A DNA stretch of 64,000 nt from an uncultured Isosphaeraceae bacterium (GTDB lineage Bacteria; Planctomycetota; Phycisphaerae; Phycisphaerales; SM1A02), in assembly GCA_964546085.1 (NCBI GenBank), contig CAZJIB010000011.1, positions 2,313-66,312 of the forward strand, read 5' to 3'. Positions within the stretch are counted from its first letter, which is position 1. Each line of letters opens with the position of its first letter. Shown here piece by piece: positions 26,694 to 35,675 of this stretch. Under the pieces are notes generated by a model that searched no databases, was not told where the DNA came from, and saw nothing but the letters and a program-made list of their open reading frames with translations. Both the position numbers and the translations under genes were made by a program.

Positions 26694-27581
26694 CTACTTT
26701 CTCGTCGACTGAATCGACGGTCCCTTGGTCAACCGAGGGGCTGCTACCCCAAGCAGATCCTCAGCATAACTTGATTCTTCCTTTCGCTGTGTGAGCGGTC
26801 CCTCGGCCTCGCCTCTGAGGAACTGGCGAATCAATTGTTGCCGATCGTCCAACTCGTCAAGTTTCTCCTGCGGCCAGTCACGGAGTTCCTCGAAGGCTTC
26901 CCGCTTATCAACCATGAGCATCTTTCCGCGGTCCAGCATCGCCATACGATCGGCGATCGTGAAGGCAGAGTCCATTTCGTGCGTCACGACCACGCTTGTC
27001 ACACCGACCTTGCGGGCCAGATCGAGTATCAGCCGATCGATGCTCGCGCTGGTGACGGGGTCGAGGCCGGCGGAAGGTTCGTCGTAGAAGAGCATTTTCG
27101 GGTCAAGCGCCAGAGCACGGGCGAGGCCCGCTCGCTTCTTCATGCCGCCGGAGATTTCGGATGGGAGTTTTTCAGCCGCCTCGCGGAGGCCGACCTGTTC
27201 CAACTTGATCTTGACGATGAAGCTGACGATGTCTGGATCGAGGTCGGTGTGTTCCTCGATCGGCAGCGCGACATTCTCGGCTACGGTCATCGAGTTGTAG
27301 AGCGCGCCGGATTGGAACAGGATGCCGAAATTGCGACGAGCTCTGTTCATGCCTGATTCGTCGAGCGACGCAAGATCGTCGTCATACATGGTGACCGTCC
27401 CACCGTCCGGGATGAATGTACCGATCATGTGTCGCAGGAGCGTGGACTTGCCGGAGCCGGAGCCGCCCATGATGACCATGACCTCGCCTTCGTTGACATC
27501 GAGGTTGACACCGTCCAGCACGACTTGATCGCCGAACCTGCAGACGAGATCGCGGACCTGGATGACGCTTTGATCGCTCAA
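26694..27581 (-). CDS. ABC transporter ATP-binding protein, MlaF-like
   Basis: Walker A GGSGSGKST, signature ISGGMKKRAGLARAL and Walker B LFYDEPSAGLD. TTG start in a TTGA overlap with the upstream stop. Confidence 0.85.
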   Translation of the reverse strand: MSDQSVIQVRDLVCRFGDQVVLDGVNLDVNEGEVMVIMGGSGSGKSTLLRHMIGTFIPDGGTVTMYDDDLASLDESGMNRARRNFGILFQSGALYNSMTVAENVALPIEEHTDLDPDIVSFIVKIKLEQVGLREAAEKLPSEISGGMKKRAGLARALALDPKMLFYDEPSAGLDPVTSASIDRLILDLARKVGVTSVVVTHEMDSAFTIADRMAMLDRGKMLMVDKREAFEELRDWPQEKLDELDDRQQLIRQFLRGEAEGPLTQRKEESSYAEDLLGVAAPRLTKGPSIQSTRK

Positions 27582-28237
27582 GGATTCGGTTCCGAGGGAG
27601 AAGGATACACAAGGTCGCCCAATTCCTCGTCGTGAAGGCGAATCCAGTCGAATCGATTCACGAATCCACCGCCTTCATCCGCATGGCGGAAAAGGACAAA
27701 TCGGCCCGTGACGGGAATCGTGTGCTGGTCGTAGAGGAGCACCCACTTGAAGTCGCCCGCCGCGGGGAGGAAGCCAAATACCTGATCGCCCTTGTCTTCC
27801 TCTTCTTTCACTTCGGATGTGTCATGTGCACTGCCATGCATTTGGCCGTATCGGTCAGTGATGGTCTGCAGGAAAGTGCCGGTGGACGCAGGATCACTTG
27901 GGTACTCGAAGATTCCGGTGAACTCGGCGATGTCGCCCCGTTGACCGGCCGCGACCGCCGCCGGCACGCCGGACATGCGGCTTCGGACATTGACCTGCCA
28001 CCAGACTGCGCCGCCAAGCCAGATGCCGGTCACGAGCAGGCCAAGGACGATGGCGACCCAGGCGAGTCCTCGGCCGCGGATCTGACCGGGATGTGCGCGG
28101 ATCTCGACGAGTGCGCGCAATCCGAGCAGAACACCGGCGATGGTGAACACGGGGCAGACGCCGACCGAGCACAAGACGCCAACCAGCGCCCATGGGCTGA
28201 TGACGGCGCGGTTGGGGGGTTCGTCAGCCGTCGTCAT
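27578..28237 (-). CDS. DUF4190-like membrane protein with an extracytoplasmic domain (paralog 2)
   Basis: TM hairpin WALVGVLCSVGVCPVFTIAGVLLGLRAL plus a third TM, LAWVAIVLGLLVTGIWLGGAVWW. A ~130-aa soluble domain follows. It has the same architecture as the upstream gene. I take the start at ATG 28237. Confidence 0.55.
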   Translation of the reverse strand: MTTADEPPNRAVISPWALVGVLCSVGVCPVFTIAGVLLGLRALVEIRAHPGQIRGRGLAWVAIVLGLLVTGIWLGGAVWWQVNVRSRMSGVPAAVAAGQRGDIAEFTGIFEYPSDPASTGTFLQTITDRYGQMHGSAHDTSEVKEEEDKGDQVFGFLPAAGDFKWVLLYDQHTIPVTGRFVLFRHADEGGGFVNRFDWIRLHDEELGDLVYPSPSEPNP

Positions 28238-28898
28238 CCTGTTTTTCTGTATCGCACTGCGACCCTGCCGGGAAGACGATGTTGCCCGCCTTGTCGTCAA
28301 TCAAACGGATGCAGCGAATCTCGAAGGTCAACTCCCATGGAACGAAACCCATTCGATACACGGCCCATGCCTCAACATCTTCGGTTTCAAAGATGAGGCG
28401 AAGGCCCATTTCCATTGTCTCGTCTCCCCCTTCGGCCTCGCCACGTTCCATATCGAAGACCGCCTTGTCGAATTCGCCGTACCGGCTTCGCAATTCGGTG
28501 ATGAATGCGGTGACGTCCGCGTCATCGGCGGCACCGGACTTCCCTTCAAACTCGGCAAGGAAGGCACTGTTGTCGCCTTCGTAGCCAGCGTGCAACGCCT
28601 TTGTGAGAACATTGGGTGCTTCCGTAATGACGGACAGACCCATGGAGATGTTGAACCAGATCAGGAACGAGCCGGCAATGGTGAGCAGCACGCCGAGGAC
28701 GATGCCTATCCAGGCAAGAACCTTGCCGCGGAGGCCGTGGCGGCGAATTGCAGCAAGCGCCATGATGCCGAGAATGATCGCGGCCAGCGAGGTGAGCGGA
28801 CTGCAACAGATGACAATTGCGCAGATGAGAGAAGCGATTGCCAATCGGCTGGTACGGGGCTTCACTTGGAGTACTTCCACATCCATAATTTCGTTCAT
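28224..28898 (-). CDS. DUF4190-like membrane protein with an extracytoplasmic domain (paralog 1)
   Basis: TMs LAIASLICAIVICCSPLTSLAAIILGIMALAAI and VLAWIGIVLGVLLTIAGSFLIWF, followed by a ~130-aa soluble domain. ATGA overlap with the upstream stop. Confidence 0.55.
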   Translation of the reverse strand: MNEIMDVEVLQVKPRTSRLAIASLICAIVICCSPLTSLAAIILGIMALAAIRRHGLRGKVLAWIGIVLGVLLTIAGSFLIWFNISMGLSVITEAPNVLTKALHAGYEGDNSAFLAEFEGKSGAADDADVTAFITELRSRYGEFDKAVFDMERGEAEGGDETMEMGLRLIFETEDVEAWAVYRMGFVPWELTFEIRCIRLIDDKAGNIVFPAGSQCDTEKQDDDG

Positions 28899-29542
28899 GC
28901 CGTTGTCTCTTCCTTTGTATCGCGTTCCTCTGCAACGACATCTTCCGGGATGCCAAGAAACTCGACCATGTAGTCCTCGTAGACTTGTTGGTCCTCATCG
29001 CGAGCAAATGACAGTCGTAGTTCGTTGATAACCTTTGTGCCCTGCATGATCCATGCCTGCCAGGTTTCGCTTGAGATGTTGTCGACGATCCACTGGCCAA
29101 TGGGCCCTCGCAGAGGTGGTTCTTCAAGGCGGGTACCCGGTTGCCCCGTGCGGCCGCAGACAAAATCGCCGCCGCTGGGAATCGCCGCTTCCTCTACTTC
29201 TGGCAGGGGTTGCCCTTCCCGTTCAAGCATGTCGCCGATGGCGTTCTGCACGCGGCGCTCCCCGCGAGAGGCGGCGGCCTCGTATCCCCGCTGCAGTATG
29301 GCAATGGCACGATCCTTTTCGCCGGCGGCCAGCAGGGCCTGACCCGCGAGTTCCATCGCTCGGCTCATCTCCGGATTGAGTTCCATGCACCGCTCGAGGC
29401 TGGCGGCAGCGTCCGCATAGCGTTCGGCCTCCAGATAGGCACTGCCGAGGCTGAAATGCGCCATGTCGTTTTCCGGATCGGCCTTCGCCATCGTTTCGAA
29501 CCGCTGGATTCGGTCTGCAAGATCGTCCATGCCGCACATCAT
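28895..29542 (-). CDS. TPR domain fused to a YggX-type Fe(2+)-trafficking / oxidative-damage-protection domain
   Basis: The N-terminal ~115 aa are TPR-like (HFSLGSAYLEAERYADAAASLERCMELNP...). The C-terminal FVCGRTGQPGTRLEEPPLRGPIGQWIVDNISSETWQAWIMQGTKVINELRLSFARDEDQQVYEDYMVEFLG aligns by eye with E. coli YggX. Confidence 0.65.
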   Translation of the reverse strand: MMCGMDDLADRIQRFETMAKADPENDMAHFSLGSAYLEAERYADAAASLERCMELNPEMSRAMELAGQALLAAGEKDRAIAILQRGYEAAASRGERRVQNAIGDMLEREGQPLPEVEEAAIPSGGDFVCGRTGQPGTRLEEPPLRGPIGQWIVDNISSETWQAWIMQGTKVINELRLSFARDEDQQVYEDYMVEFLGIPEDVVAEERDTKEETTA

Positions 29543-29565
29543 ATCGCCCTTTCCCCCCCGCTCCA

Positions 29566-29625
29566 GGGGTCATACCCGGGGACACACCTAGGGTCACACC
29601 CAGGGACACACCCGGGGTGTGTCCC
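29566..29625. repeat. Four tandem 12-nt repeats plus one inverted copy in the divergent yggX-like/pyrD intergenic region
   Basis: The units are GGGGTCATACCC, GGGGACACACCT, AGGGTCACACCC and AGGGACACACCC, then GGGGTGTGTCCC. The last direct unit and the inverted unit form an 11-bp palindrome (29603-29613 / 29615-29625). Confidence 0.85.
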
Positions 29626-29651
29626 CTAGGGTGCCGTAGAATGGGGGCACG

Positions 29652-30557
29652 GTGGAATTGGGAAGCGTCAGCATTCGGAATCCGATCGTCCTCGCAGCAG
29701 GCACATGCGGCACGATGGGTGAAATTGCCGACGCCATCGACCTTGGCCGCATCGGAGCGATCACCACGAAATCCATTACCGTTGAGCCACGCAAAGGCAA
29801 TCCTCCCCAACGCGTCGCGGATCTTCCAATTGGCATGTTGAACGCGATCGGGCTGGCCAACGAAGGCATCGAAGCCTTTCTTACCACGCACGCCCCCAAG
29901 GCACTCAATCTCAACACAACCATCATCGGATCGATCGCCGGTGGCACCATCGACGAATACACCTCTCTCGCAGCGGCCATGGATGCGGCCGATGGGATCG
30001 ACCTGATCGAAGTCAATGTCTCCTGCCCCAATACGGACGACGGCCGCCACTTCGGCGACAGCCCCGACTCCCTCCGCGAACTCCTGACTGCGATCAAGGC
30101 TGCTGCAAGTGCAACGCCCATGATCGCAAAACTCTCCGCGGCTCCCGGCGACATTCGACCCCACGCCGCAGCGGCCATTGGCGCTGGTGCAGATGCCCTC
30201 ACACTCATCAACACCTATCCCGCAATGTCGATTGACATCACGACTCGCAAACCACGCCTCGCCCGAGGCATGGGCGGCCTCAGCGGTCCAGCTATTCATC
30301 CCATCGCAGTCCGCGTCATACGCGAAGTTCACCGAGATGTTGCCGCGTCCGCCGGCGTACCGATCATCGGTACCGGCGGCGTCATGAGTTGGACAGACGC
30401 TGCCGAGTTCATTCTCGCCGGCGCATCGGCAATTGGCATCGGCACCGCGCTCTTCGTCGACCCGACGATTGCCCTCCATGTCGAATCCGGGGTCCGAAAG
30501 TGGGTCGCCGATCAAGGATGCCAGAGCGTCAGCGAACTGGTGGGCGGACTTCGCTGA
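29652..30557 (+). CDS. pyrD: Dihydroorotate dehydrogenase, class 1 (Cys active-site base)
   Basis: Motifs IRNPIVLAAGTCG, MLNAIGLANEG, EVNVSCPNT, GGLSGPAIHPIA and IIGTGGV. GTG start. Confidence 0.85.
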   Translation: MELGSVSIRNPIVLAAGTCGTMGEIADAIDLGRIGAITTKSITVEPRKGNPPQRVADLPIGMLNAIGLANEGIEAFLTTHAPKALNLNTTIIGSIAGGTIDEYTSLAAAMDAADGIDLIEVNVSCPNTDDGRHFGDSPDSLRELLTAIKAAASATPMIAKLSAAPGDIRPHAAAAIGAGADALTLINTYPAMSIDITTRKPRLARGMGGLSGPAIHPIAVRVIREVHRDVAASAGVPIIGTGGVMSWTDAAEFILAGASAIGIGTALFVDPTIALHVESGVRKWVADQGCQSVSELVGGLR

Positions 30558-31758
30558 CGAACCTGCGGAACGCGTCGCCCCGCTCCTCGTAGTTGGCAAA
30601 CTGATCCCAACTCGCACATCCCGGGCTGAGCAGCAAAGTGTCACCCTCCACCATGCGGGATGTCGCTTCTCGCACCGCCGTCTCCAGATCACCACATTGC
30701 ACCGCTCCCACCATCGACGCGCCCGTTTCGCCAATTGCATACACGCCTGAAACCGAACTGGTCACCTCGGCGAGCAAGGAGAGATCAATCTGCTTGTCGT
30801 ACCCACCAACAACGATGTGCAACTTTGATGCATCCGAAAATGATCGCACCGCCACCGCTGTCGCCTCCGGTGTTGTCGACTTTGAATCGTTGTAGAACTT
30901 CAAACCATCCCGCTCACAAACCAGTTCGAGTCGATGCGGAAGTCCCGCCCATGATTTCAGAGCCTCAGCAGCGGCATCTCTGTCCCCGCCCATCGCGACT
31001 ACCGCGGCAATGGCCTGCCCGGCGTTGCGACGGTTGTGGTCCCCGGGTATCTGCAGATCAATCGCGCCGCCCGTGGCATCAATGATCGCCGTGTCGTCTT
31101 TCGTCTGGTGAGCGAAGATCGCTTGCTTGCACTGCTCGTAGTGCGCCAACGATCCGTGCCAATCCAGATGATTCGGGGCAACATTCGTCAGAACCGCAAC
31201 ACCCGGTGACCACTGCATCGCCCCCTGCACCGAAAGCCACCAGAGCATGGCACTGCTGAGTTCGATCACGACGATGTCATCGCCAATGACATCCAACTTT
31301 TCAAGCAGGCTTCCCCCGATGTTGCCGCCCAGATGCGTTGCACATCCTGTGGCGGCAAGCCCGTGATGAATCATCGCCGCAGTTGTCGATTTTCCTGCCG
31401 AACCACTTACGCCGATCACCCTGCGACGGTCCAGACGCGAGACCAACAACCCAATCTCAGTTGTCACTACTGCGCCGCCTCCCCACGCCGCCTGAAGATA
31501 CTGGTTCTCCCACGGCCGAGGAACTGCGGGGTTTGCGATCACCAAATCTGCATCCCGAAACATTCTCTCCTCATGACCCCCGCAAGCAAGATGCAGCCGA
31601 TCGCTCGCAGGAAGTAGCGCGATGGAATCCTGCAGATCCGCCTGGGGCGCCAGATCGGTCACGGTGACATCCGCACCCTGCGACAGAAGCCACCGCGTCA
31701 CACCGACCCCGCCGCCGAAACGGCCCAGTCCCATCACGATGGCCCGTGTTCCCCGCAC
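30529..31758 (-). CDS. murD: UDP-N-acetylmuramoyl-L-alanine--D-glutamate ligase
   Basis: Motifs IVMGLGRFGGGVGVTRWLLSQGADVTVTD and the P-loop GVSGSAGKSTT. I take the GTG at 31758, 2 nt after the upstream TGA. Confidence 0.85.
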   Translation of the reverse strand: MRGTRAIVMGLGRFGGGVGVTRWLLSQGADVTVTDLAPQADLQDSIALLPASDRLHLACGGHEERMFRDADLVIANPAVPRPWENQYLQAAWGGGAVVTTEIGLLVSRLDRRRVIGVSGSAGKSTTAAMIHHGLAATGCATHLGGNIGGSLLEKLDVIGDDIVVIELSSAMLWWLSVQGAMQWSPGVAVLTNVAPNHLDWHGSLAHYEQCKQAIFAHQTKDDTAIIDATGGAIDLQIPGDHNRRNAGQAIAAVVAMGGDRDAAAEALKSWAGLPHRLELVCERDGLKFYNDSKSTTPEATAVAVRSFSDASKLHIVVGGYDKQIDLSLLAEVTSSVSGVYAIGETGASMVGAVQCGDLETAVREATSRMVEGDTLLLSPGCASWDQFANYEERGDAFRRFVSEVRPPVR

Positions 31759-31760
31759 GC

Positions 31761-33701
31761 TCAGGCAACCTTCCGCTGGTAGAACCACCACTCGACGAGA
31801 AGTACGGCCAAGACCGATCCTACCGCCCACGGCCAGAGCGGCACATACGCCCTGCCGCCGCCAACAGTAGCAGTCACTTCTTCCGCACCAATTTCAATCG
31901 TCGGTACTGCACCGATTGCAGACTCGCTCGATGGTACATGCACCGCAACCTCCATCCGATCCGATTCACCCCATGACACGCCGTGCAAACCAGACAGCCG
32001 AATCGGACCCCAGCCAATGTGTCCGGTCTCGTCAACCGGCACGCGATGTGTACGCCCAACAGGGTCGGTGACCGTCGCCCACTGCGTACCTCTCGGCACA
32101 TTCATGGTGATCATGTCGCCGGGTTTGCGCGGCGCCGAGGTAACAGCCGCGCCGCGCTGACCGAGATACTCAATGGCGTTGTAGATGAAGAAGGGAAAAC
32201 CGCGAAGGTAGGGCCAGTTGCTGTCCAGCGGATCAAACGCAACATACACCGCATGCACACCACCGCGATCCACCTTCATGATCGCCGGCCACGAACTGCC
32301 TTCAAGCAGAACCGCAACGCCGTCATCTGCCCGGGGGGAAACGGCATACCCCTTCATCGCCACGATTTCGGCAAACTCGACGAATCGCATGACGGGATGT
32401 TCCTCGTCAGCAACAACCATGACCTGTGGCTTTCCTTCCGCATAGGAAACCATGGGCGGCGGTGGCGGGCCGAAGATGAGGTAGTTCCCGGGCGGCAACG
32501 GAGGAAGCGGAACGCCTCTCGATACGACAACATCAAAGTTACCCAGCCCGTCAGCCTGAACCATGTCCGTCATCTGCCTCGGTGACACCGCTCGCAATTC
32601 CGCAAGCGGCAGTCCCTCAAGGGCGGTTTCCACGACATTTGCACCATCCTCCGCGACGATGACCCGTAATTGCTTCGGCGGGGGGATGACCAGATGCGCC
32701 TCGTCATCAATTGCCATCGCGTCCTTTGCATCGACATGCAACCGGACAACACCACCGCCGGGCATGTCAAAGGGCACAAAGACAACGCTTGCCTTTCCGG
32801 CGAGACCATCCACCGCTGGCGGTATGGACACCTCCTGCAGCCCGACTGGAATACGGTCAATTGACAACTCGATGTCAACGATTCGGTCCGCTCCATCGTG
32901 GTTGGCGAGCGATGCGAAGACCTGCACTTCGTCAGACTCCTGCGACGACCGCTCCGCCGCAAGCGCGGTGATCGAGACATTGGTGGTGTCCACTTCACCG
33001 ACGCGATGGTAGGCAAGTGATTCGCCACCGCGAAGCGCCTGCTGCGAAAGGTCGGTGATGCGGCCGTCGCTGAACAGTTCGATTGCGGCCGACTCGCTCT
33101 CTGGAAGCCCGCCATCTTCCGGATCGACTCTCGTCAGATACGCCCTTGCAAGTTTCATCGCATCGGAAATCGATGATCGGCCGTGGGTCGGCTCGATTGA
33201 GTCGATCACCCGCTCCAGTTGCCCGCGCGAGTCAGTAAACGGCGCCACGACTTCAGCGGTGTCTCCGAAAGCAATCACCATCGTCTCTCCGCCGCGGGCA
33301 GAAAAGAGTCCAGCACCGTGCAGCTGCGCAACTCGATCGACGGCCTGCCTCTTTGCTTCATCCAGCCTTGGTTTGCCATCGACATCAGTCGCGGTCATCG
33401 ACGCTGATCGGTCGATCAGCAGAACATGCCTTCCCTCGGCTGCGCTGCCACCCTCGATCTGCGGTTGCATGATCGCCAGCGCGACAAGAAGCAGCGCGAG
33501 CAGTTGCAGCAATAACAGCGCGCTCGGACGAAGCCGCTGAAACGGCGTGTTGGCATGCAGGTCCTCCACCGCGCGATCCCAGAGGAATGTCGAGGACATT
33601 CGCAGCGGTCGCCGCCTCAGCCGAAGAAAGTACAACAGCAGAAGAAGCGGAACGATGATCGCGGCAGTCAGAATCCCCATCATTGGTGTCACAAATGTCA
33701 C
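31761..33701 (-). CDS. BatA-like protein: N-terminal double-TM domain plus VWA domain, with a C-terminal TM
   Basis: N-terminus ILTAAIIVPLLLLLYFLRLRRRP...LLLLQLLALLLVALAIM. MIDAS motif LLIDRSASM (DxSxS). GTGA overlap with the upstream stop. Confidence 0.75.
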   Translation of the reverse strand: MTFVTPMMGILTAAIIVPLLLLLYFLRLRRRPLRMSSTFLWDRAVEDLHANTPFQRLRPSALLLLQLLALLLVALAIMQPQIEGGSAAEGRHVLLIDRSASMTATDVDGKPRLDEAKRQAVDRVAQLHGAGLFSARGGETMVIAFGDTAEVVAPFTDSRGQLERVIDSIEPTHGRSSISDAMKLARAYLTRVDPEDGGLPESESAAIELFSDGRITDLSQQALRGGESLAYHRVGEVDTTNVSITALAAERSSQESDEVQVFASLANHDGADRIVDIELSIDRIPVGLQEVSIPPAVDGLAGKASVVFVPFDMPGGGVVRLHVDAKDAMAIDDEAHLVIPPPKQLRVIVAEDGANVVETALEGLPLAELRAVSPRQMTDMVQADGLGNFDVVVSRGVPLPPLPPGNYLIFGPPPPPMVSYAEGKPQVMVVADEEHPVMRFVEFAEIVAMKGYAVSPRADDGVAVLLEGSSWPAIMKVDRGGVHAVYVAFDPLDSNWPYLRGFPFFIYNAIEYLGQRGAAVTSAPRKPGDMITMNVPRGTQWATVTDPVGRTHRVPVDETGHIGWGPIRLSGLHGVSWGESDRMEVAVHVPSSESAIGAVPTIEIGAEEVTATVGGGRAYVPLWPWAVGSVLAVLLVEWWFYQRKVA

Positions 33702-34627
33702 CGGAGCAATCCCCTACCCCGCAGATACCGGATCAGCAACTGCTCCATGTCGACATCGGTAGACACGCGGGCCGATCCCACGCCAAGCCGAGCGCACGTA
33801 GCCCGAAGATCCTCGCACCACGCATCCAGACGCGATCGATATCTTCGAATCAGCGGCGCGGTGACGGTCACCTCACGCTCAAGGCCCGTCTCAGCATCCT
33901 CCAAGCGCAGATCTCCCTCCATGCCCATTTCCGAAGGATCAATCTCCTCAGGGGACAGTGTCTGCATTGCAAAGACATCCCATCCACCACCAACAAGGAA
34001 CCGCAGCCCCTCCCGCATCCCCTCTTCGAAGAGAAAGTCACTGATGACGATCATCACACCACGCCCTTGGCGTGTTGTGGCAATTGTGCGCATAGCATCG
34101 TCGAATGCGGTCTCACCGCCAGGTCGACGACCAAGGAGCCACTGACCCATCTCGCGTGTGCGCCGCCGGCCACGCAGAGTTGGTAGCCGCTCCACACCGC
34201 CGCCGTTGAACGAATACAGCCCGACGCGGTTGTGGCTACTGAGACCGATGTAGCCAAGGGACATGGCGAGTCGACGGGCAAAGTCGAATTTGTTTGGATT
34301 CCCGAACTCCATGGACGCGCTTGCGTCGACAGCAATTCCGAGCGTCAACTCCTCCTCTTCAAGAAAGACCTTCAGGAAGAGTCGGTCAAGTCGAGCGTAG
34401 ACATTCCAGTCCACGAAGCGCAAATCGTCGCCGGGCGTATAGTGGCGGTAGTCGGCGAACTCGACGCTTACGCCGCGACGTCTGCTCCGCCGTTCGCCCT
34501 GAATCTTGCCTGCGAAGATCTTTCTCGCGACAACATCAAGTCGGTCCAGATGCGACATGAGCGAGGAGCCGAGCAGTTGATCCACTCGATCCGGCCGGTC
34601 GTGGGTGGTCTGACCGAACTCAGCCAT
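33698..34627 (-). CDS. DUF58 domain protein (MoxR-associated)
   Basis: Signature GVSVEFADYRHYTPGDDLRFVDWNVYARLDRLFLKVF. It sits directly downstream of the MoxR ATPase. Confidence 0.85.
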   Translation of the reverse strand: MAEFGQTTHDRPDRVDQLLGSSLMSHLDRLDVVARKIFAGKIQGERRSRRRGVSVEFADYRHYTPGDDLRFVDWNVYARLDRLFLKVFLEEEELTLGIAVDASASMEFGNPNKFDFARRLAMSLGYIGLSSHNRVGLYSFNGGGVERLPTLRGRRRTREMGQWLLGRRPGGETAFDDAMRTIATTRQGRGVMIVISDFLFEEGMREGLRFLVGGGWDVFAMQTLSPEEIDPSEMGMEGDLRLEDAETGLEREVTVTAPLIRRYRSRLDAWCEDLRATCARLGVGSARVSTDVDMEQLLIRYLRGRGLLR

Positions 34628-35675
34628 CAGCAGCCTCCTCCACCGACTCGTCTACATCGTCGAGTAACTGCGTGATGATGTCGGCGGGAAGCGTACCGGC
34701 AGTTTCGGCTTCAAATGTGCGGATAATGCGGTGCTGCATCGCCTCCGCGGCAACCGCTCGGACATCCCGGAACGACACAGCAAATCGACCGTCCAGAACC
34801 GCCGCAACCTTGGCCGCCGACACGATGGCCTGCGCACCTCGCGGACTCGCGCCAACCAACACCTCATCACTCAGCCATCGAGGTGCGAACTGAGAACCCG
34901 GATGCGTTGCGAGCACGAGCCGAACGACGAAGTCCTGCACATGCGGTGCGATGACGGCACGTTGAAGAAGTTGCCGTGCCGACTCCAGAAACGAACCGTC
35001 GAGTATGACTCCGACACTCGACTCGGCCGCGCCGGTTGTGCGATCAAGAATCTCCGCAAGTTCGCTTCTCGACGCATGCCTGACATTGATCTTGAAGAGA
35101 AAGCGGTCGAGTTGAGCCTCGGGAAGAGGATAGGTTCCTTCCTGTTCGATAGGGTTCTGGGTAGCAAGCACGAAGAACGGGCTCGGCAACTCGGTCGTCG
35201 TCCCGTCAACTGTCACCGATCGTTCCTGCATCGCTTCCAGCAACGCCGATTGACACTTCGGTGTTGCGCGGTTGATCTCATCCGCCAACAGCAACTGGTG
35301 AAAGACAGGGCCGGGCCTGAACCGGAACCGCCGCTGCCGCGTTGCAGGATCCTCATCGACAACGGTCGTCCCAACGATGTCGGCAGGCATCATGTCGGCC
35401 GTGCACTGCAGCCTCGCGTGGGTCAGGTGCAGCACCTGGGCAAGCGTGCGAACAAGCAGCGTCTTTCCAAGACCCGGCGGCCCTTCCAACAGAACATGTC
35501 CCCCGGCCAGCATCGCTACGAGTACCAGATCCACGACCCGCTGCTGCCCCACGATCGTCTCGCCGATCTCCGTTCGCATGGCAGCGAATGCACCGCGAAT
35601 TGTTCGACATGCATCCAACACATCCTGAGGACTCTCAAGGTCAAGTGGGAGATTCTCGCCGCGGAGCATCTTCAT
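34620..35675 (-). CDS. MoxR-family AAA+ ATPase
   Basis: Walker A LLEGPPGLGKT and Walker B/sensor LLADEINRATPKCQSALLEAMQE. The length and the neighbours (DUF58, VWA) are typical. Confidence 0.9.
   Translation of the reverse strand: MKMLRGENLPLDLESPQDVLDACRTIRGAFAAMRTEIGETIVGQQRVVDLVLVAMLAGGHVLLEGPPGLGKTLLVRTLAQVLHLTHARLQCTADMMPADIVGTTVVDEDPATRQRRFRFRPGPVFHQLLLADEINRATPKCQSALLEAMQERSVTVDGTTTELPSPFFVLATQNPIEQEGTYPLPEAQLDRFLFKINVRHASRSELAEILDRTTGAAESSVGVILDGSFLESARQLLQRAVIAPHVQDFVVRLVLATHPGSQFAPRWLSDEVLVGASPRGAQAIVSAAKVAAVLDGRFAVSFRDVRAVAAEAMQHRIIRTFEAETAGTLPADIITQLLDDVDESVEEAADG

Noticed and set aside
29223-30740. 505-aa ORF antisense to pyrD, the longest of many long shadow ORFs. Other examples are 44233..45792 (519 aa), 34731..36116 (461 aa), 39161..40531 (456 aa), 20232..21509 (425 aa), 36551..37687, 50458..51534, 59371..60429, 5191..6249 and 3470..4492.
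   Set aside because: Each lies opposite, or out of frame with, a gene carrying unmistakable family motifs. Their translations are Arg/Pro/Gly/Ala-rich low-complexity sequence, typical of stop-poor alternative frames in GC-rich DNA. None has a recognisable domain.
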